Below are positions 40,472 through 52,224 of a stretch of DNA of 64,000 bases, one piece after another. Under the pieces are notes generated by a model, which saw only the letters and a list, made by a program, of their open reading frames with translations, was not told the DNA's origin and searched no databases. Made by a program: the position numbers and the translations under genes. This DNA is from Spirochaetota bacterium (GTDB lineage: Bacteria > Spirochaetota > UBA4802 > UBA5550). The number at the start of each line of letters is the position of its first letter. Position 1 is the first letter of the stretch. Where the stretch lies: contig JBNKTL010000008.1 of assembly GCA_050298055.1 (NCBI GenBank), positions 1-64,000 on the forward strand, in the 5' to 3' direction.

Positions 40472-42460
40472 ATGTCAATGGAAAATATAGAAAAAGAACT
40501 GAAGGGCATCTACAACTGGCAGCTGGTATCGGGGAAGAAGATCGTTCTGAAAAACCTGGAGAGCGCCCTGGAGAAGGATGAAAAAATCCATGACCTCCTT
40601 GACGGCTTCTTTTCGGGAAAACCGGTAAAGAATGAAGAGGGGGACATCCCGGGTGTTCTTTTCCTTACAGATAAGAGGGTTCTCTTTGTCCCCGGAGAGA
40701 AGAGCGGGAAGAAGTTTGAAGCGGTTTCCTATGATGATCTTAAAGACGTGGAGTACAGGAAAAGCAGTACATCGGTACTGCTGAAATTTACCACAGCCGA
40801 TTATACGGCCGGCTTCAAATCTTTTGTTACACAGTCCGCGGTGAAGAAATTTGTGGCTTTCGTGGAAGAGAAGATGGATGGAGGGATAAGCTACGGCGAT
40901 GATTCCACCGGTCTCCTGAACGACGTAACGAATCTGTTTATTAACAGAATATCCCTTCCCGGATTATTAGAGAGGATTGGCAAACAGGAAGAGGAGGTCA
41001 GGGAAACCGGGGAAGAAATTAATACCAGAGATAACAGCAGTGATGTGGTAAACCTGAACGTCCTCTTTGTGGAAGCAAAGAAGATATACAATCTGCTGAA
41101 AGAATTTGAGAAGCTGAAGGGCCTTCCCGGCATCAGGGGATCCATGACCAATGATCTTGTGATTCTCTCTTCTCTCTGCAGTATGGCCGACGGGAGGCTT
41201 TCCGGTGATGAACTGACATTGATATCCATGGTGCTCATGCCCTTCAATCCCGACGGTTCGGAGGATATCGCCCGAAAGGCCGGGAAGCTCTACAGCTACG
41301 ACCTCTTTCCCATGGACTACAGGGATACGGTTGACGGGTACTGGAACAGTATCTCGCGGTACATCAAAAACTCGAACCTCGATATCCAGGGGAACACCCT
41401 GGAGTCCCTCGCGGAGATGAAGGAATACGACAGTAAGAACGGGACGAAGAACTTTCACAGGCTTGCCACGGCATACTACGCCTATGCCCAGTGCCTCATG
41501 AAATCGGACGGTTCACTTAACGAAAAAGAGGAGGAGAGGCTCAAACAGATAAGCCTTCTTCTTTTTAACAGGGATAATTTCGTTCCCGGTGATGATACAC
41601 AAGCTGAGGTAGAAGAAGAGGAGGAGACCCTTGAAGAGGTCATGGAGAAGATCAACGGCCTGGTGGGGATGAAGAAGATCAAGGAAGAGATCAATACCTT
41701 TATTAACCTGATCAGGGTCCAGAAGGAGAGGGAGGAGCGGGGATTTGCGGTAACGCCTCTTTCCCTTCACGCGGTTTTCCATGGTCCTCCCGGAACGGGG
41801 AAGACAACCATCGCCAGGCTCCTGGGCAAGGTCTACAGGTGTCTCGGGCTCCTGAAAAAAGGGCACCTTATTGAAACTGACAGGGCGGGGCTTGTTGCCG
41901 GGTACGTGGGACAGACAGCCATAAAGGTGGATGAGCTTGTGCAGAAGGCGCTGGACGGGATCCTCTTTATCGATGAAGCGTATGCCCTGAGTCCCTCCGG
42001 GGGAGGAAGCGACTTCGGGCAGGAGGCCATCGACACCATGCTCAAGAGGATGGAGGACTACAGGGAGAAACTGGTTATAATCGTAGCCGGCTATCCCGAC
42101 GAGATGAAAAGGTTCATCAACTCCAACCCGGGCCTCAAGTCGCGGTTCAGCAGGTATTTCTACTTCGACCACTATACACCGGATGAACTTATCCTGATTT
42201 TCGATATCTTCTGCAAAAACGTTGATTTTACCGTGGATGAAAAGGCCCGCGGTAAATTTCACGGGCTCCTGGATGAACTCTACCGGGAGAGGGACCGGAC
42301 CTTCGGAAACGGCAGGCTGGTCAGGAACCTCTTTGAGAAAATGGTAGAGAAACAGGCTAACAGGATTGCCGGCATCTCCCCCCTTACCGATGAACTGCTC
42401 TGTACTATCAAAGAGGAAGATATCCCGGAAAGAGAGGATGTTTCAATACACCGTTCCTGA
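40472..42460 (+). CDS. CbbX/SpoVK-family AAA+ ATPase with N-terminal bacterial PH-like and TerB-like regions
   Basis: GPPGTGKT, LVAGYVGQTA, LFIDEAY, NPGLKSRF, FGNGRLVRN; N-terminal GVLFLTDKRVLF; ADG.LS..E and SDG.LN..E motifs. Confidence 0.85.
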   Translation: MSMENIEKELKGIYNWQLVSGKKIVLKNLESALEKDEKIHDLLDGFFSGKPVKNEEGDIPGVLFLTDKRVLFVPGEKSGKKFEAVSYDDLKDVEYRKSSTSVLLKFTTADYTAGFKSFVTQSAVKKFVAFVEEKMDGGISYGDDSTGLLNDVTNLFINRISLPGLLERIGKQEEEVRETGEEINTRDNSSDVVNLNVLFVEAKKIYNLLKEFEKLKGLPGIRGSMTNDLVILSSLCSMADGRLSGDELTLISMVLMPFNPDGSEDIARKAGKLYSYDLFPMDYRDTVDGYWNSISRYIKNSNLDIQGNTLESLAEMKEYDSKNGTKNFHRLATAYYAYAQCLMKSDGSLNEKEEERLKQISLLLFNRDNFVPGDDTQAEVEEEEETLEEVMEKINGLVGMKKIKEEINTFINLIRVQKEREERGFAVTPLSLHAVFHGPPGTGKTTIARLLGKVYRCLGLLKKGHLIETDRAGLVAGYVGQTAIKVDELVQKALDGILFIDEAYALSPSGGGSDFGQEAIDTMLKRMEDYREKLVIIVAGYPDEMKRFINSNPGLKSRFSRYFYFDHYTPDELILIFDIFCKNVDFTVDEKARGKFHGLLDELYRERDRTFGNGRLVRNLFEKMVEKQANRIAGISPLTDELLCTIKEEDIPEREDVSIHRS

Positions 42461-42508
42461 TTCTCCCCGCTTTTTTGGACCGGTAAAATGTAAAGTTTTT
42501 TAAGATTA

Positions 42509-42668
42509 TTTCACACAGAGCTCGCAAAGTTTAAGAAAATGTTAAATGTTGAATTTTAAATGTTAAATAATCTTATTCTAAAACGGTTTCTTGAATTTAA
42601 CATTCAAAATTTAAAACTCAACATTAATAAAACTCTTCCTTCGTGCGCTCTGTGAGCTTCGTGTGAAA
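42509..42668. repeat. Nested inverted-repeat element family B, copy 2 (inverted relative to copy 1)
   Basis: Reverse complement aligns by eye with 12131-12275 (e.g. AAGGAAG.GTTTTATTAATGTTGAGTT.TAAATTT..AATGTTAAAT). Confidence 0.8.
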
Positions 42669-42743
42669 CCTCTTCTTTCTTTTTCTGTTTTTTTTATCGT
42701 CTGTAATTTATTTGTTTCTTATACGCAATACTGTAGAACAGGG

Positions 42744-43727
42744 TCACTCTTCTTTTGTGTTGCTGTTGGTATATGTCACGGCAAAGACAATGGATTTCAT
42801 TTCCAGACCGTTGAGAAATTTTTCGTTATACCATCCGGTTTCCGATGTTATATATCCCCCGATACTCGCTGAAAAAGAGAGGTTCTTTGTGGTTACCAGG
42901 GTGACAGATAATCCTACCATAGACGCGTTAATGCTTTCGGTATCAAGGGATTCGGTAGCTGTTGTCGCCGAAAAAGGAAATGGAGGGGTAAATGTCATGT
43001 CCGCGTCAGCCTCCGGTTTATTCAAACTGCGGATATAGAGGTAGTAGGGAGTGATTTTCAGTTTATCAAGTATCTTAAATGAGACGGCAAATCCTCCGGA
43101 CAAACCGTAGAGAATCCCACTGCCGGAAGCCTTTGCTTCAAATGAATTGCTGAGATATGACTCCCGCGGCATCTCAACATCCAGGTTGTAGTGCAGAATA
43201 AAGGGGCCTAAATAAAGGGGAAGAGAAAACCATTTATTAGAGAGTATTTCATAACCGGCGCCGGGTGAAAAGAAAACCGAGCGGTAACTTATATCCGCTT
43301 CAATGACCGGGAGCGGGTCCTGATACATTTTCCCTGAGATGTTCCCTTTGAAATTCTGGACTGCCAGTATTCCGTAGAATAAAAGTCTTTCATTGAAGGC
43401 ATATCCTCCCCCAAGTCCTGCCGCCCAGCCTTTTAAATCCTCTCCCCTGACTTCAGGGTCATCATAAACCTGGTTTATCTGAAAATACGCGGGGACAAAA
43501 GTTATTAAATATTCTTTCTCCTGCCAGAATGTCATGGGAATAAATGAGTCTTTGATAAGGGAAGAAGAAACATTCATAAGCCCGTCAACAGTTTTACCTG
43601 TTGTTTCTTTTTCGAGACTCTCTAAACTTACCGTTTGAGTGAATGCGGGCGTGTGGACCAGTATTAAACAAATTATAAAAGAAGAAATTAAAGTTCTCGT
43701 GTGGGAAAATAAAAATTTTTTTCGCAT
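42744..43727 (-). CDS. Hypothetical exported protein, probable outer-membrane beta-barrel
   Basis: Signal peptide; alternating aromatic/Gly beta-strand pattern. Confidence 0.55.
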   Translation of the reverse strand: MRKKFLFSHTRTLISSFIICLILVHTPAFTQTVSLESLEKETTGKTVDGLMNVSSSLIKDSFIPMTFWQEKEYLITFVPAYFQINQVYDDPEVRGEDLKGWAAGLGGGYAFNERLLFYGILAVQNFKGNISGKMYQDPLPVIEADISYRSVFFSPGAGYEILSNKWFSLPLYLGPFILHYNLDVEMPRESYLSNSFEAKASGSGILYGLSGGFAVSFKILDKLKITPYYLYIRSLNKPEADADMTFTPPFPFSATTATESLDTESINASMVGLSVTLVTTKNLSFSASIGGYITSETGWYNEKFLNGLEMKSIVFAVTYTNSNTKEE

Positions 43728-43882
43728 TTATCCATGGCTCCATTTTTAAATTGAGAATGCTAAAAATTGCACACTTGATAAAAATAATAAATTATTCTTT
43801 TTAGGCAAGATTTTTTTATTAATAAGAGTCGTGAATTATAAATTCATCCGTTTTTGCCGGTTTTTCCCCCGGCAGCTGACCC

Positions 43883-46800
43883 TTATTTGCTATCCAATAC
43901 TGTACGCACCCTTGCCGCCAGTTCCTGTTTTGAAAAGGGTTTTTGAATAAAGTTGACACCTTCTTTCAATAGATCCTGGTGGTCCATGGCTTTACCCGTA
44001 TATCCGGACATGAAGAGGCATTTGAGTTTCGGGCAAAGATGAGTAAGATTTTCCGCCAGTTCCCGGCCGGTCATCTCGGGCATGATCATATCGGTTATCA
44101 GCAGGTCAAGAGCGATGTATTTATCGGTGGCAATCAGGATGGCCTCTTTCGGTTTCGATGATGTGAGCACCGTGTATCCGAACTCTTCAAGCATCATCTT
44201 TACCATGTTAAGGACTTCAGTCTCGTCTTCTACCAGGAGGATTGTTTCGTCGCCCCCCGGGGGGAGGTCAGTGCCGCTTTCCCTTTCCATCTGCTCGCCA
44301 TCAACAGTATACCGGGGAAAGTAAATCCTGAAGGTCGAGCCGTGTCCCGGTTCGCTGTAGACATTGAGAAAGCCGGCATTCTGTTTGACGATGCCGTAGA
44401 CCGTTGCCAGCCCGAGACCGGTACCTCTCCCCAGTCCCTTGGTGGTGAAAAAAGGCTCGAATATCTTCTCTAAAATTCGTTTGTCCATGCCGCTGCCATT
44501 ATCACTCACAGCCAGCATAACATACTCACCGGGGAAAAATCCCTCGCGTTCAGTCCAGTAGTTGTCGTCAAAAACGGCCTTTTTCGTTTCAATTGTAATC
44601 TTGCCCACTCCTGGAATGGCATCCCGGGCATTGACACAGAGATTGGCCAGAATCTGGTCGATCTGGGATGGGTCTATCTTTATCTGCCAAAGCTCCGGTC
44701 CCGGCTGCCAGGTAAGTTTGATATCTTCACCGATAAGCCGCTGAAGCAGCTTGAGCATCCCTTCAACTGTCCTGTTCAGATCAAGGACCTTCGGCATGAC
44801 GGTCTGTTTGCGGGCAAAGGCAAGCAGCTGCCGTGTTATCTCCATGGAACGAAGACTCGCTTCCCGGATGGCTTCAATGTTCTTGCGCAGGGGATCATCC
44901 CTGGCGGCCTTTTCCAGGGTCATCTCCGCGTAGCCGAAGATCACGCCCAGCATATTGTTGAAGTCGTGGGCAATCCCCCCGGCCAGTTGCCCGATGGCTT
45001 CCATTTTCTGGGTATGGCGAAGTTGTTCTTCAAGTCTTTTTTGTTCCGTTATGTCTTCTTTGACTCCCACGTAGTGCGTGATAACGTTTTCAGAATTTCT
45101 TACGGGAGCAACTGTTGCGTGCTCCCAGAACAAGTCGCCGTTTTTTTTGCGATTGTGAAAGACTCCCTGCCAGACGCCGCCTGAACTGATGGTATCCCAA
45201 AATTCTTTGTATTCCTCACTTGTTGTTTCTCCTGACTGCAGAATGCGGGGGTTTTCTCCCAGGACCTCGGAAAAAGTATAGCCGGTTGTTTTTGTAAACT
45301 GTGAATTGACGAACTCGATCTTTCCCTCAACATCGGTGATTATGATAGATACCGGGCTCTGCTCGATGGCCTGGGAGAGCTTCCTGATCGACTGCTCCGC
45401 CCGCTTCTGTTCTGTGATATCTTCGGATATGCCCAGCAGGTACTGGGGTGTTCCGTTTTCATCCAGGATGGGTATTTTTTTTGTGTGAAGTATCCGCTCT
45501 TTTTTGTCTTTGGTGGTAATGGTTTCTTCCGGTATGTCAAAGAGCTCCTTTGAATGGAGGACCTGGTTGTCTTTTTGGTTAATTTGGTCTGCTTTTTTTT
45601 CGGGGAAAAAGTCATGAACAGTTTTACCGATCAGTTCTTCCTGCCGGTATCCCAGAAGATCTTCTCCTGCCCTGTTGAATCTTACAAAGCTGAGGTTTCG
45701 GGCGTCCTTTACGAAAATCATGTTGGGAATATGTTCAATGACCTTATTGAGAAATTCTTCATTTTTACGCAGATCACGGAAGGAGAGAAGACTGCTCAGG
45801 GCATCGGACATGCGCCTGCCAATGGCTTCAAACAGTCTCGCCTCCTCTGCTGTCCATATTCTCTCAGAGGAGCACTGGTGAATGCCAAACTGCCAGGCGT
45901 TAGTAACTTTTGGATAAAGTGCCATTGCTATCATGGAGCGAACTCCATAATTTTTAAATGGTTGTTTTAATTGCGGATAGTCACCCCCTGGTCCAAATGT
46001 CACAGGGCCCTCTGTAGCGAGCAGAATGCGAAGATTTTCTGCCAGGCTGGGCTGCATGGGGAGCTCCAGGTTATCTCTGAAGACAAATCCTTCATAGTCG
46101 GGTTTGCTGCTCTCCATGGGGACACTCCAGGTTTCAGACCGGTGATCACAGGGATACTGGAGATAAACCCTGTCGCAATCAAAGATTGAAAGAACCACAT
46201 CGAGGGCATTCTTCATCATCTGTTCGAGGTTGTCCGCTTTCTGGATGGCCTTGTTGATCCTGTCCATGCTTTCAAAGAACCTGAGATTGGCCAGGCGTTC
46301 CTTTTCCGCCTTTTTGATTTCTGTAATGTCAACAAGCGCCGCGATATTACCGCTGATGTGTCCCTGAGAATCGTGGAGAGGTGACGCGTAGATGCTGTAA
46401 TCAATGGGTGTTCCGTCGCGTTTTTGCCGGTTTACTTCCAAACCCTCCAGGTTCATCCCTTTCTGTATTTCTTTCCGAAACTCCCTGAATTCCTCCTTGT
46501 TATCAGAAGGAAAACTGGGTAACGGTTGTCCCATCACTTCCTCTTTCTTCCAGCCGAGCATTTTTTCTGCCGCCGGGTTCCAGACCGATTGAACATTTCC
46601 ATCCAGGTCCAGGCCAATTATAGCCACGGGAACTGCTTCGATTATAGTATGCAGCAGGTCGTTGGAACGCTGCAGTTCCTCCCGGGCCTGCCTGCGCTCA
46701 AGCCGGTTCTCAGCATCCTCAAGGGCCCTTCTGACGGCCGAAGGAAGGCGCGACAGATTGTCTTTGAGGACATAGTCGGTAGCTCCCTGTGTCAGGGCCT

Positions 46801-47083
46801 CAATGGCCGCTTCCTCACCCATGGTACCGGAAACAAAGATAAAAGGAATATCGGGGTAAAACTCCATGGACAACCGGAGCGCGGAGATACCGTCATACAT
46901 TGGCAGTTTGTAATCTGCAATGACAATATCCACCCCGTTCCTGCTCAGGGCAGTCTCGAATTCATCTCGGGTCTGTGCATTGGTTATCCGGTATTCCAGA
47001 CCGGCATCATTCAGTACGGCTTTAACGAGTTCAATATCGGGCGGGTCATCTTCCAGGTGAAGGATATGGATCTGTTTTGCCAT
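43883..47083 (-). CDS. Hybrid histidine kinase (REC-PAS-GAF-PAS-PAS-HisKA-HATPase-REC; CckA-type kinase core)
   Basis: AHDFNN H-box, [18 protein letters not shown], two receivers; start at MAKQIH. Confidence 0.93.
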   Translation of the reverse strand: MAKQIHILHLEDDPPDIELVKAVLNDAGLEYRITNAQTRDEFETALSRNGVDIVIADYKLPMYDGISALRLSMEFYPDIPFIFVSGTMGEEAAIEALTQGATDYVLKDNLSRLPSAVRRALEDAENRLERRQAREELQRSNDLLHTIIEAVPVAIIGLDLDGNVQSVWNPAAEKMLGWKKEEVMGQPLPSFPSDNKEEFREFRKEIQKGMNLEGLEVNRQKRDGTPIDYSIYASPLHDSQGHISGNIAALVDITEIKKAEKERLANLRFFESMDRINKAIQKADNLEQMMKNALDVVLSIFDCDRVYLQYPCDHRSETWSVPMESSKPDYEGFVFRDNLELPMQPSLAENLRILLATEGPVTFGPGGDYPQLKQPFKNYGVRSMIAMALYPKVTNAWQFGIHQCSSERIWTAEEARLFEAIGRRMSDALSSLLSFRDLRKNEEFLNKVIEHIPNMIFVKDARNLSFVRFNRAGEDLLGYRQEELIGKTVHDFFPEKKADQINQKDNQVLHSKELFDIPEETITTKDKKERILHTKKIPILDENGTPQYLLGISEDITEQKRAEQSIRKLSQAIEQSPVSIIITDVEGKIEFVNSQFTKTTGYTFSEVLGENPRILQSGETTSEEYKEFWDTISSGGVWQGVFHNRKKNGDLFWEHATVAPVRNSENVITHYVGVKEDITEQKRLEEQLRHTQKMEAIGQLAGGIAHDFNNMLGVIFGYAEMTLEKAARDDPLRKNIEAIREASLRSMEITRQLLAFARKQTVMPKVLDLNRTVEGMLKLLQRLIGEDIKLTWQPGPELWQIKIDPSQIDQILANLCVNARDAIPGVGKITIETKKAVFDDNYWTEREGFFPGEYVMLAVSDNGSGMDKRILEKIFEPFFTTKGLGRGTGLGLATVYGIVKQNAGFLNVYSEPGHGSTFRIYFPRYTVDGEQMERESGTDLPPGGDETILLVEDETEVLNMVKMMLEEFGYTVLTSSKPKEAILIATDKYIALDLLITDMIMPEMTGRELAENLTHLCPKLKCLFMSGYTGKAMDHQDLLKEGVNFIQKPFSKQELAARVRTVLDSK

Positions 47084-47306
47084 GGTTGAGAATAGTTCTC
47101 TCTTTATAATCGCTGTTATGGTCAATCCCCGGCTGCCGTCCCGTGCTTGCAGACGGATAAAGGGCATCCCTTATTGTTAACATGAAAATTGTGTCATGTC
47201 AACAGAATACACGGCATCCTTTGAAAAAAAAGGTACCGTGTATTCTGATCCATCCTTATTACAATCCGGAGGGAATGAATCGTTATTATGATAAATCTTT
47301 TAAAAA

Positions 47307-47783
47307 TTATGGCAGGCCGATCAGTGTAATGTTATACTCACCGTACAAACCTGTAATATTAGGAGATGAGGGAGGATTGACCGGATTGCTGGTGGAACCG
47401 CCATACCATGCTTTTGCTTCCCATTTGCTGGAATCATCCGGATCCATATTGGCAAGATCAAATGGAGTATAGAGATCATAACCTGCAAGCAGGTAATAGC
47501 TTCCTGCCGGTACATCGCTTGTATCAATCTCATAACTTACTGAGGTAACATCAGTGGTTGGACTGATGATTTCTCGTTTTATATACCCGTTACTTTCATC
47601 TGTATCATTATCAAGGATCACATAATACGCACTGTTGGCATTCCCATTATGCGTAAGTGTTCCGTAGATCTTACCGCTTTCATTTCCACTTTCACTGTCA
47701 TTGAAACATGCATGAAAGAATGTTAAGGCTGAAAGAAGCAGAAAGATAAAAGTAAGATAACAAAATTTTCTCTGTTTGCTCAC
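47307..47783 (-). CDS. Hypothetical lipoprotein
   Basis: Signal peptide ending FHAC; SD AGGAG. Confidence 0.65.
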   Translation of the reverse strand: MSKQRKFCYLTFIFLLLSALTFFHACFNDSESGNESGKIYGTLTHNGNANSAYYVILDNDTDESNGYIKREIISPTTDVTSVSYEIDTSDVPAGSYYLLAGYDLYTPFDLANMDPDDSSKWEAKAWYGGSTSNPVNPPSSPNITGLYGEYNITLIGLP

Positions 47784-47871
47784 GTTGGTTACTCCTTTAT
47801 GGTTTTTAGAGATTTTAAAGCTTACACCTTCACACTTTTTGATATTGTAATAAATAAAAACAGCTATCGTC

Positions 47872-47893
47872 GTCCTATTATGTAAAATGGGAC
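47872..47893. promoter_or_regulatory. Candidate operator between the AraC gene and the lipoprotein gene
   Basis: GTCCTATT-N6-AATGGGAC imperfect inverted repeat. Confidence 0.4.
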
Positions 47894-47941
47894 AAAAAAA
47901 CAGAAATAACAGATTTTTTAAGAAAAGCGATTGTGAAGAAT

Positions 47942-49087
47942 TTAATTATTCCCTTTCTGTTTAATAAACCGGGAAGGAGAGATCCCCGTCTTTTCTTTAA
48001 AGACCCTGTTGAAGGTACTTTTTGAGGGAAATCCCGCGTCAAATGCAATTTCAAGGATTGACTGATACCGGTGTGCACCATTTTTTATCCGGTCCGAAAA
48101 GTAATCGAGGCGCCGGGTATTCAGCAGGTCCCTGAAACCAGTATTGAGGCACTGGTTGACCGCAAAAGAGAGACGGTTTGTGTGTACATTAAATTCTGCC
48201 GCAAAATCGGATATGGTGAGATCGGGATTTCGAAAAGCGCCTTCTGAAAAACGCTTCTCAATAAGGCCCACCAGGTAATCGCACTCTTCTTCGGAACATA
48301 ACCGCTCTTTTTGAATATTCACTGTTTTTTTTTCCGGGGAGGAGAGTTCGGGTGTTATCATAAGAAGGAATGAGACCGTATAGATAAGCACAACCATTGT
48401 CATTGAAAGAATTAAAAAGGGTGTTGTTGTTCCGTGTATCAGGCGCGCGGTAGCGGACGGGTTTACTGCAACATATGAAAAGGAAAGCAGGACAAGGAGC
48501 GGTATAATGACCAGTGATCTGAGCCAGAGACGCTTGGGATAGGAGAGACGGTTCGTGTTTGGGCCAAAAGCAATCCGCATGGATAAAAATACATAGACCA
48601 GGTTAAAAATGACCTTTATACCATTCCTTAAAAGCAACCAGAGCGGAGGATTACCGGAAAAGACATTATGAATTAAATGGGTATACTCTCCGGTGTTCAT
48701 TGAAAGAAGAGTATATGATACCGCTGTAACTTCAAAAAAATAGGGCAGGAGATGAAGAATGAAGTATCGTGGATAATTTGAGGTGTCACTCACTAATTCC
48801 CGAATAGAGAACCAGAGTAAGGGACCGAAAAGAAAAGGGAGCGGGGCAGTGAGAGGATAGACCCACGGGTATGACAGCAAAATACCGGGAGACCATGTGG
48901 GAATTGTTGCCAGGCGGAGTGAAAAGACGATAAGCAGTAATGCAAGCGGCATGTTCTTTCGATGCCGAAACCTGAAGAGAATTAACAGGAGAATGACAAT
49001 TCCCTGAACCGCTCCCATTGATGTTATTATTGTCAGTGCATACATTACAGGTGTAAGGTTAAAATCGACAGGTAGATAATCAAGCAT
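47942..49087 (-). CDS. Membrane-anchored (multi-TM) AraC family regulator
   Basis: About 7 TM segments; C-terminal SILEIAFDAGFPSKSTFNRVFKEKTGISPS. Confidence 0.9.
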   Translation of the reverse strand: MLDYLPVDFNLTPVMYALTIITSMGAVQGIVILLLILFRFRHRKNMPLALLLIVFSLRLATIPTWSPGILLSYPWVYPLTAPLPFLFGPLLWFSIRELVSDTSNYPRYFILHLLPYFFEVTAVSYTLLSMNTGEYTHLIHNVFSGNPPLWLLLRNGIKVIFNLVYVFLSMRIAFGPNTNRLSYPKRLWLRSLVIIPLLVLLSFSYVAVNPSATARLIHGTTTPFLILSMTMVVLIYTVSFLLMITPELSSPEKKTVNIQKERLCSEEECDYLVGLIEKRFSEGAFRNPDLTISDFAAEFNVHTNRLSFAVNQCLNTGFRDLLNTRRLDYFSDRIKNGAHRYQSILEIAFDAGFPSKSTFNRVFKEKTGISPSRFIKQKGNN

Positions 49088-49235
49088 TATTGAAAGAGAA
49101 ATTATAATTTGAATTAAACCAGGCTGAATATCCCTGAATCAGGCAAAAAACAGAATACTTATCAAGCATATTTGTGAGATACCAATGCACTGTTGCGGAC
49201 TAAAATGCAGTATGTTTATGAAATATGAAAAATTA

Positions 49236-49264
49236 AAAGGGGCCCCTGTTTGGGATACCCCTTT
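49236..49264 (-). terminator. Probable intrinsic terminator of the 49282-49737 gene
   Basis: AAAAGGGG-CCC...GGG-ATA-CCCCTTT hairpin with T-tract on the minus strand. Confidence 0.55.
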
Positions 49265-49281
49265 CAATTTCCTGTTTTTTC

Positions 49282-49737
49282 TTAGAATATATGAGTATCA
49301 TCAAAATCAATATTTATGCTCACATCTCCTCCTTCCGGAATTGTGACAGGAGTGAGAGAACCGTTAATATCAACATCGTCATAAAATTCATAATGTTCAC
49401 CTGATGAAAGATCCCAACTATTATCTGCATCTACATAAAGAACGATATAATATGTCCCTGGATCTATTTCACCTGTAGCTGAACCTGAAGAAGTTTCCAA
49501 ATATTGACTGCCATAATATTCATCGACATCTAGATTGCCGGCTTTTGCAGCAGCTTCCGTTGTATAGAGATCAATCCAAATAAGTGATGTTGAACTGACA
49601 GCTTCTGGTCCGGTATAATTAACTGAGGTTGTCAGGTATCCCGGGTTTGATTTTTTTTCATCATCTTTATTAAAATCACAGCCGGTAAATAATCCAATCA
49701 AGATGAGAAAAGAGAGAAAAGTAGACGGTTTTTTCAT
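49282..49737 (-). CDS. Hypothetical acidic lipoprotein (Ig-like, possible Ca-binding loop)
   Basis: Lipobox FTGC; PGTYYIVLYVDADNSWDLSSGE. Confidence 0.7.
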   Translation of the reverse strand: MKKPSTFLSFLILIGLFTGCDFNKDDEKKSNPGYLTTSVNYTGPEAVSSTSLIWIDLYTTEAAAKAGNLDVDEYYGSQYLETSSGSATGEIDPGTYYIVLYVDADNSWDLSSGEHYEFYDDVDINGSLTPVTIPEGGDVSINIDFDDTHIF

Positions 49738-50140
49738 AAAAATACTCCTTAAACTTAGAAATCATCACACTTTAATTTTGTGTAATTTGTTTGAAATTTA
49801 TTTCAAGAGATTCTTTTACCCATTTCACATTATGAATAAAAGAGATCTCTTGGAGAAAATAGTAATGATTATTGTTAAAACAATATAAAGTCTTGAACTT
49901 ACACAGAGGAAATATAGTAAATAGAATAAATTCTGTCAATAAACATTAATAGATATTTATTAATATATGTAATGAATGCTGCATGGAGTAGTGAATAACA
50001 TCGAAAAAATATTTTGTCTAAATTTCGGTCTCCACAGGATGAAAGGTTATTCTTGTTGACAATTTGCTCAATTTCCATGAAGATACTTAAGCTATGGAAA
50101 TGTAACGCTTGCTATAACGCAAATAATCCCGGGAGATCTT

Positions 50141-50644
50141 ATGGATATCAGCAGATTTCACAACCTCGATGTTATTATGCTCTGCGGCCTCTACGGTTCC
50201 GGTAAAACCGGTTTCGGAATGGTCCACTTCAGGGAGAAGGAGAGACTCAGAATCAGCAGATCGGAGATACGGAAGAACATCTACGAAATGATGCATTTCG
50301 GAAAGCCCTGGGGCCCCGGGCATTTCAATGAAGAGGATGATATCCTTGTAAAGCATATTGAGAGAAAGATGGTGGAACATTTTGCGCACCATAAAAAGAA
50401 AATACTCATTGTTAATACATTTGTCACAAGAAAGTCAAGGGAACGTACAATCAGGATCATTAAGGGCCTGAAAAAAACCGTTGGCATTATTTTTTTGAAT
50501 ACTCCTCTTGAGAAGTGTATTGAGAGAAACAGGGAGAACCCGGTCAAGGTAACGGATAATATTATTGTCAGTCTCAGTACGAAGCTCGAGCTCCCGGAAA
50601 AGAACGAGGGTTTTAACGAGATACTGGTTCTGAATGATTATTAG
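50141..50644 (+). CDS. AAA_33 / polynucleotide-kinase-like P-loop kinase
   Basis: MLCGLYGSGKT; C.ERN..; LELP..NEGF. Confidence 0.75.
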   Translation: MDISRFHNLDVIMLCGLYGSGKTGFGMVHFREKERLRISRSEIRKNIYEMMHFGKPWGPGHFNEEDDILVKHIERKMVEHFAHHKKKILIVNTFVTRKSRERTIRIIKGLKKTVGIIFLNTPLEKCIERNRENPVKVTDNIIVSLSTKLELPEKNEGFNEILVLNDY

Positions 50645-50706
50645 TGTAAAAATAACTGCATAAGCTTGGTATAAGAATAATCATATTCATGAAAAAAACA
50701 TAATTG

Positions 50707-50741
50707 ATATGTCCCCGCCGCCGACCGCGGCGGGGACATAT
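50707..50741. repeat. REP-like palindrome family A, copy 3
   Basis: ATATGTCCCCGCCGC-CGACC-GCGGCGGGGACATAT. Confidence 0.9.
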
Positions 50742-50890
50742 TGTTGATATATTAGCAAATAAATATATTTTAACTCTCTATTACCGAGTAGTTATGTGCA
50801 AAAAAAGTAAATATACTTGAAATATCAGGGGGTCTGTTTGTATTGGTTAAATCCTGATATTTTGGAATTAAATGTTAAGAGGAGATACAG

Positions 50891-51271
50891 ATGATAGAGC
50901 TCGATTTTGCAAAAGGGGAAGGGCTTGTCCCTGTTATCGCGCAGGACTTCCGGTCCGGGGAAGTTCTGATGATGGCATATGTTAACGAGGAATCGTGGAA
51001 ACTTACCCTGGAAACCGGGGTGGTCCACTACTGGAGCCGTTCGAGAAGCAAGCTCTGGAAGAAGGGGGAGTCCTCAGGAAATGTCCAGGAAGTGAAAGAG
51101 ATCAGGGTGGACTGTGACAATGATTGTGTGCTGATTAAGGTCAACCAGGTCGGTGAGGCGGCATGCCATACGGGCTTTGTAAGCTGTTTTTACAGAAAAG
51201 TGGAAGGTGATGAATTAAAGGAAGACGGGAAAAAGGCCTTCGATCCCGATGAAGTTTACGGAAAAAAATAG
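50891..51271 (+). CDS. hisI: Phosphoribosyl-AMP cyclohydrolase
   Basis: YWSRSR..LW.KGE.SGN, DCDND, ACHTG..SCF. Confidence 0.96.
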   Translation: MIELDFAKGEGLVPVIAQDFRSGEVLMMAYVNEESWKLTLETGVVHYWSRSRSKLWKKGESSGNVQEVKEIRVDCDNDCVLIKVNQVGEAACHTGFVSCFYRKVEGDELKEDGKKAFDPDEVYGKK

Positions 51272-51285
51272 GAGTAGAGTTACCC

Positions 51286-52179
51286 ATGAGCAACAAGATT
51301 AAACTGGGAATTCCCAAGGGGAGCCTTGAGAAGGCGACAATAGAGCTTTTTAAAAAGGCCGGATGGAAGATATCCGTTTCCTCCCGGAACTATTTCCCTG
51401 CCATAGACGATGCTGAGATTGAATGTTCACTGATAAGGGCCCAGGAGATGGCCCACTATATTGAAAACGGGATACTCGACCTGGGGCTTACAGGTATCGA
51501 CTGGATCATGGAGAATGATTCGGATGTTGAGATCATATCCGACCTGATCTACTCAAAGGTCAGTACCCGGAAGGCACGGTGGGTCCTTGCGGTCCCGGAA
51601 GATTCGGAGATCAAGTCAGTTGAAGACTGTAAGAATAAAACAATCTCCACAGAGCTTGTAGGTTTTACAAAAAGATATTTCCAGGAGAGGGACATTCCCG
51701 TCAATGTGGAATTCTCCTGGGGGGCAACAGAGGGGAAGGTCGTTGAAGGACTGGCGGACGCTATCGTTGAGGTAACGGAAACCGGTTCAACAATCAGGGC
51801 CCACGGTTTGAAAATTATCCATACCCTCCTTGAGACAAATACCAAGCTTGCCGCGAATAAAGAGAGCGTGAAGGACCCCTGGAAAAAGAAGAAGATAAAC
51901 CAGGTTGCCCTTCTCTTAAAGGGGGCTCTCCACGCGGAGAACCTCGTGGGCATAAAGATGAATGTCCCTGAAAAGAACCTCGAAGAGGTTGTAAAGCTGA
52001 TCCCGAGCCTCAACGCGCCGACAATATCAAAGCTTTACAACAGCGACTGGCTCTCTGTTGAGTCGGTCATCGAGGAATCAGTGGTCAGGGAGATCATTCC
52101 CGGGCTTATTTCCGCGGGGGCCGACGGGATCATTGAGTATCCGTTGAACAAGGTCATCAGCACAGAAGATTTCAGCTGA
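51286..52179 (+). CDS. hisG: ATP phosphoribosyltransferase (long form)
   Basis: [33 protein letters not shown]-terminal regulatory domain. Confidence 0.96.
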   Translation: MSNKIKLGIPKGSLEKATIELFKKAGWKISVSSRNYFPAIDDAEIECSLIRAQEMAHYIENGILDLGLTGIDWIMENDSDVEIISDLIYSKVSTRKARWVLAVPEDSEIKSVEDCKNKTISTELVGFTKRYFQERDIPVNVEFSWGATEGKVVEGLADAIVEVTETGSTIRAHGLKIIHTLLETNTKLAANKESVKDPWKKKKINQVALLLKGALHAENLVGIKMNVPEKNLEEVVKLIPSLNAPTISKLYNSDWLSVESVIEESVVREIIPGLISAGADGIIEYPLNKVISTEDFS

Positions 52180-52224
52180 TATTAATTTCTTGAAATTATT
52201 CCGGCGGTATGGTAATTGAATTTA

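Noticed and set aside
47110..47175. Possible c-di-GMP-I riboswitch upstream of the hybrid kinase (minus strand CCGT..GCAA..ACGGGACG..GCC)
   Set aside because: Lacks the GGCAAA/GCAAA conserved positions; an Rfam search would be needed
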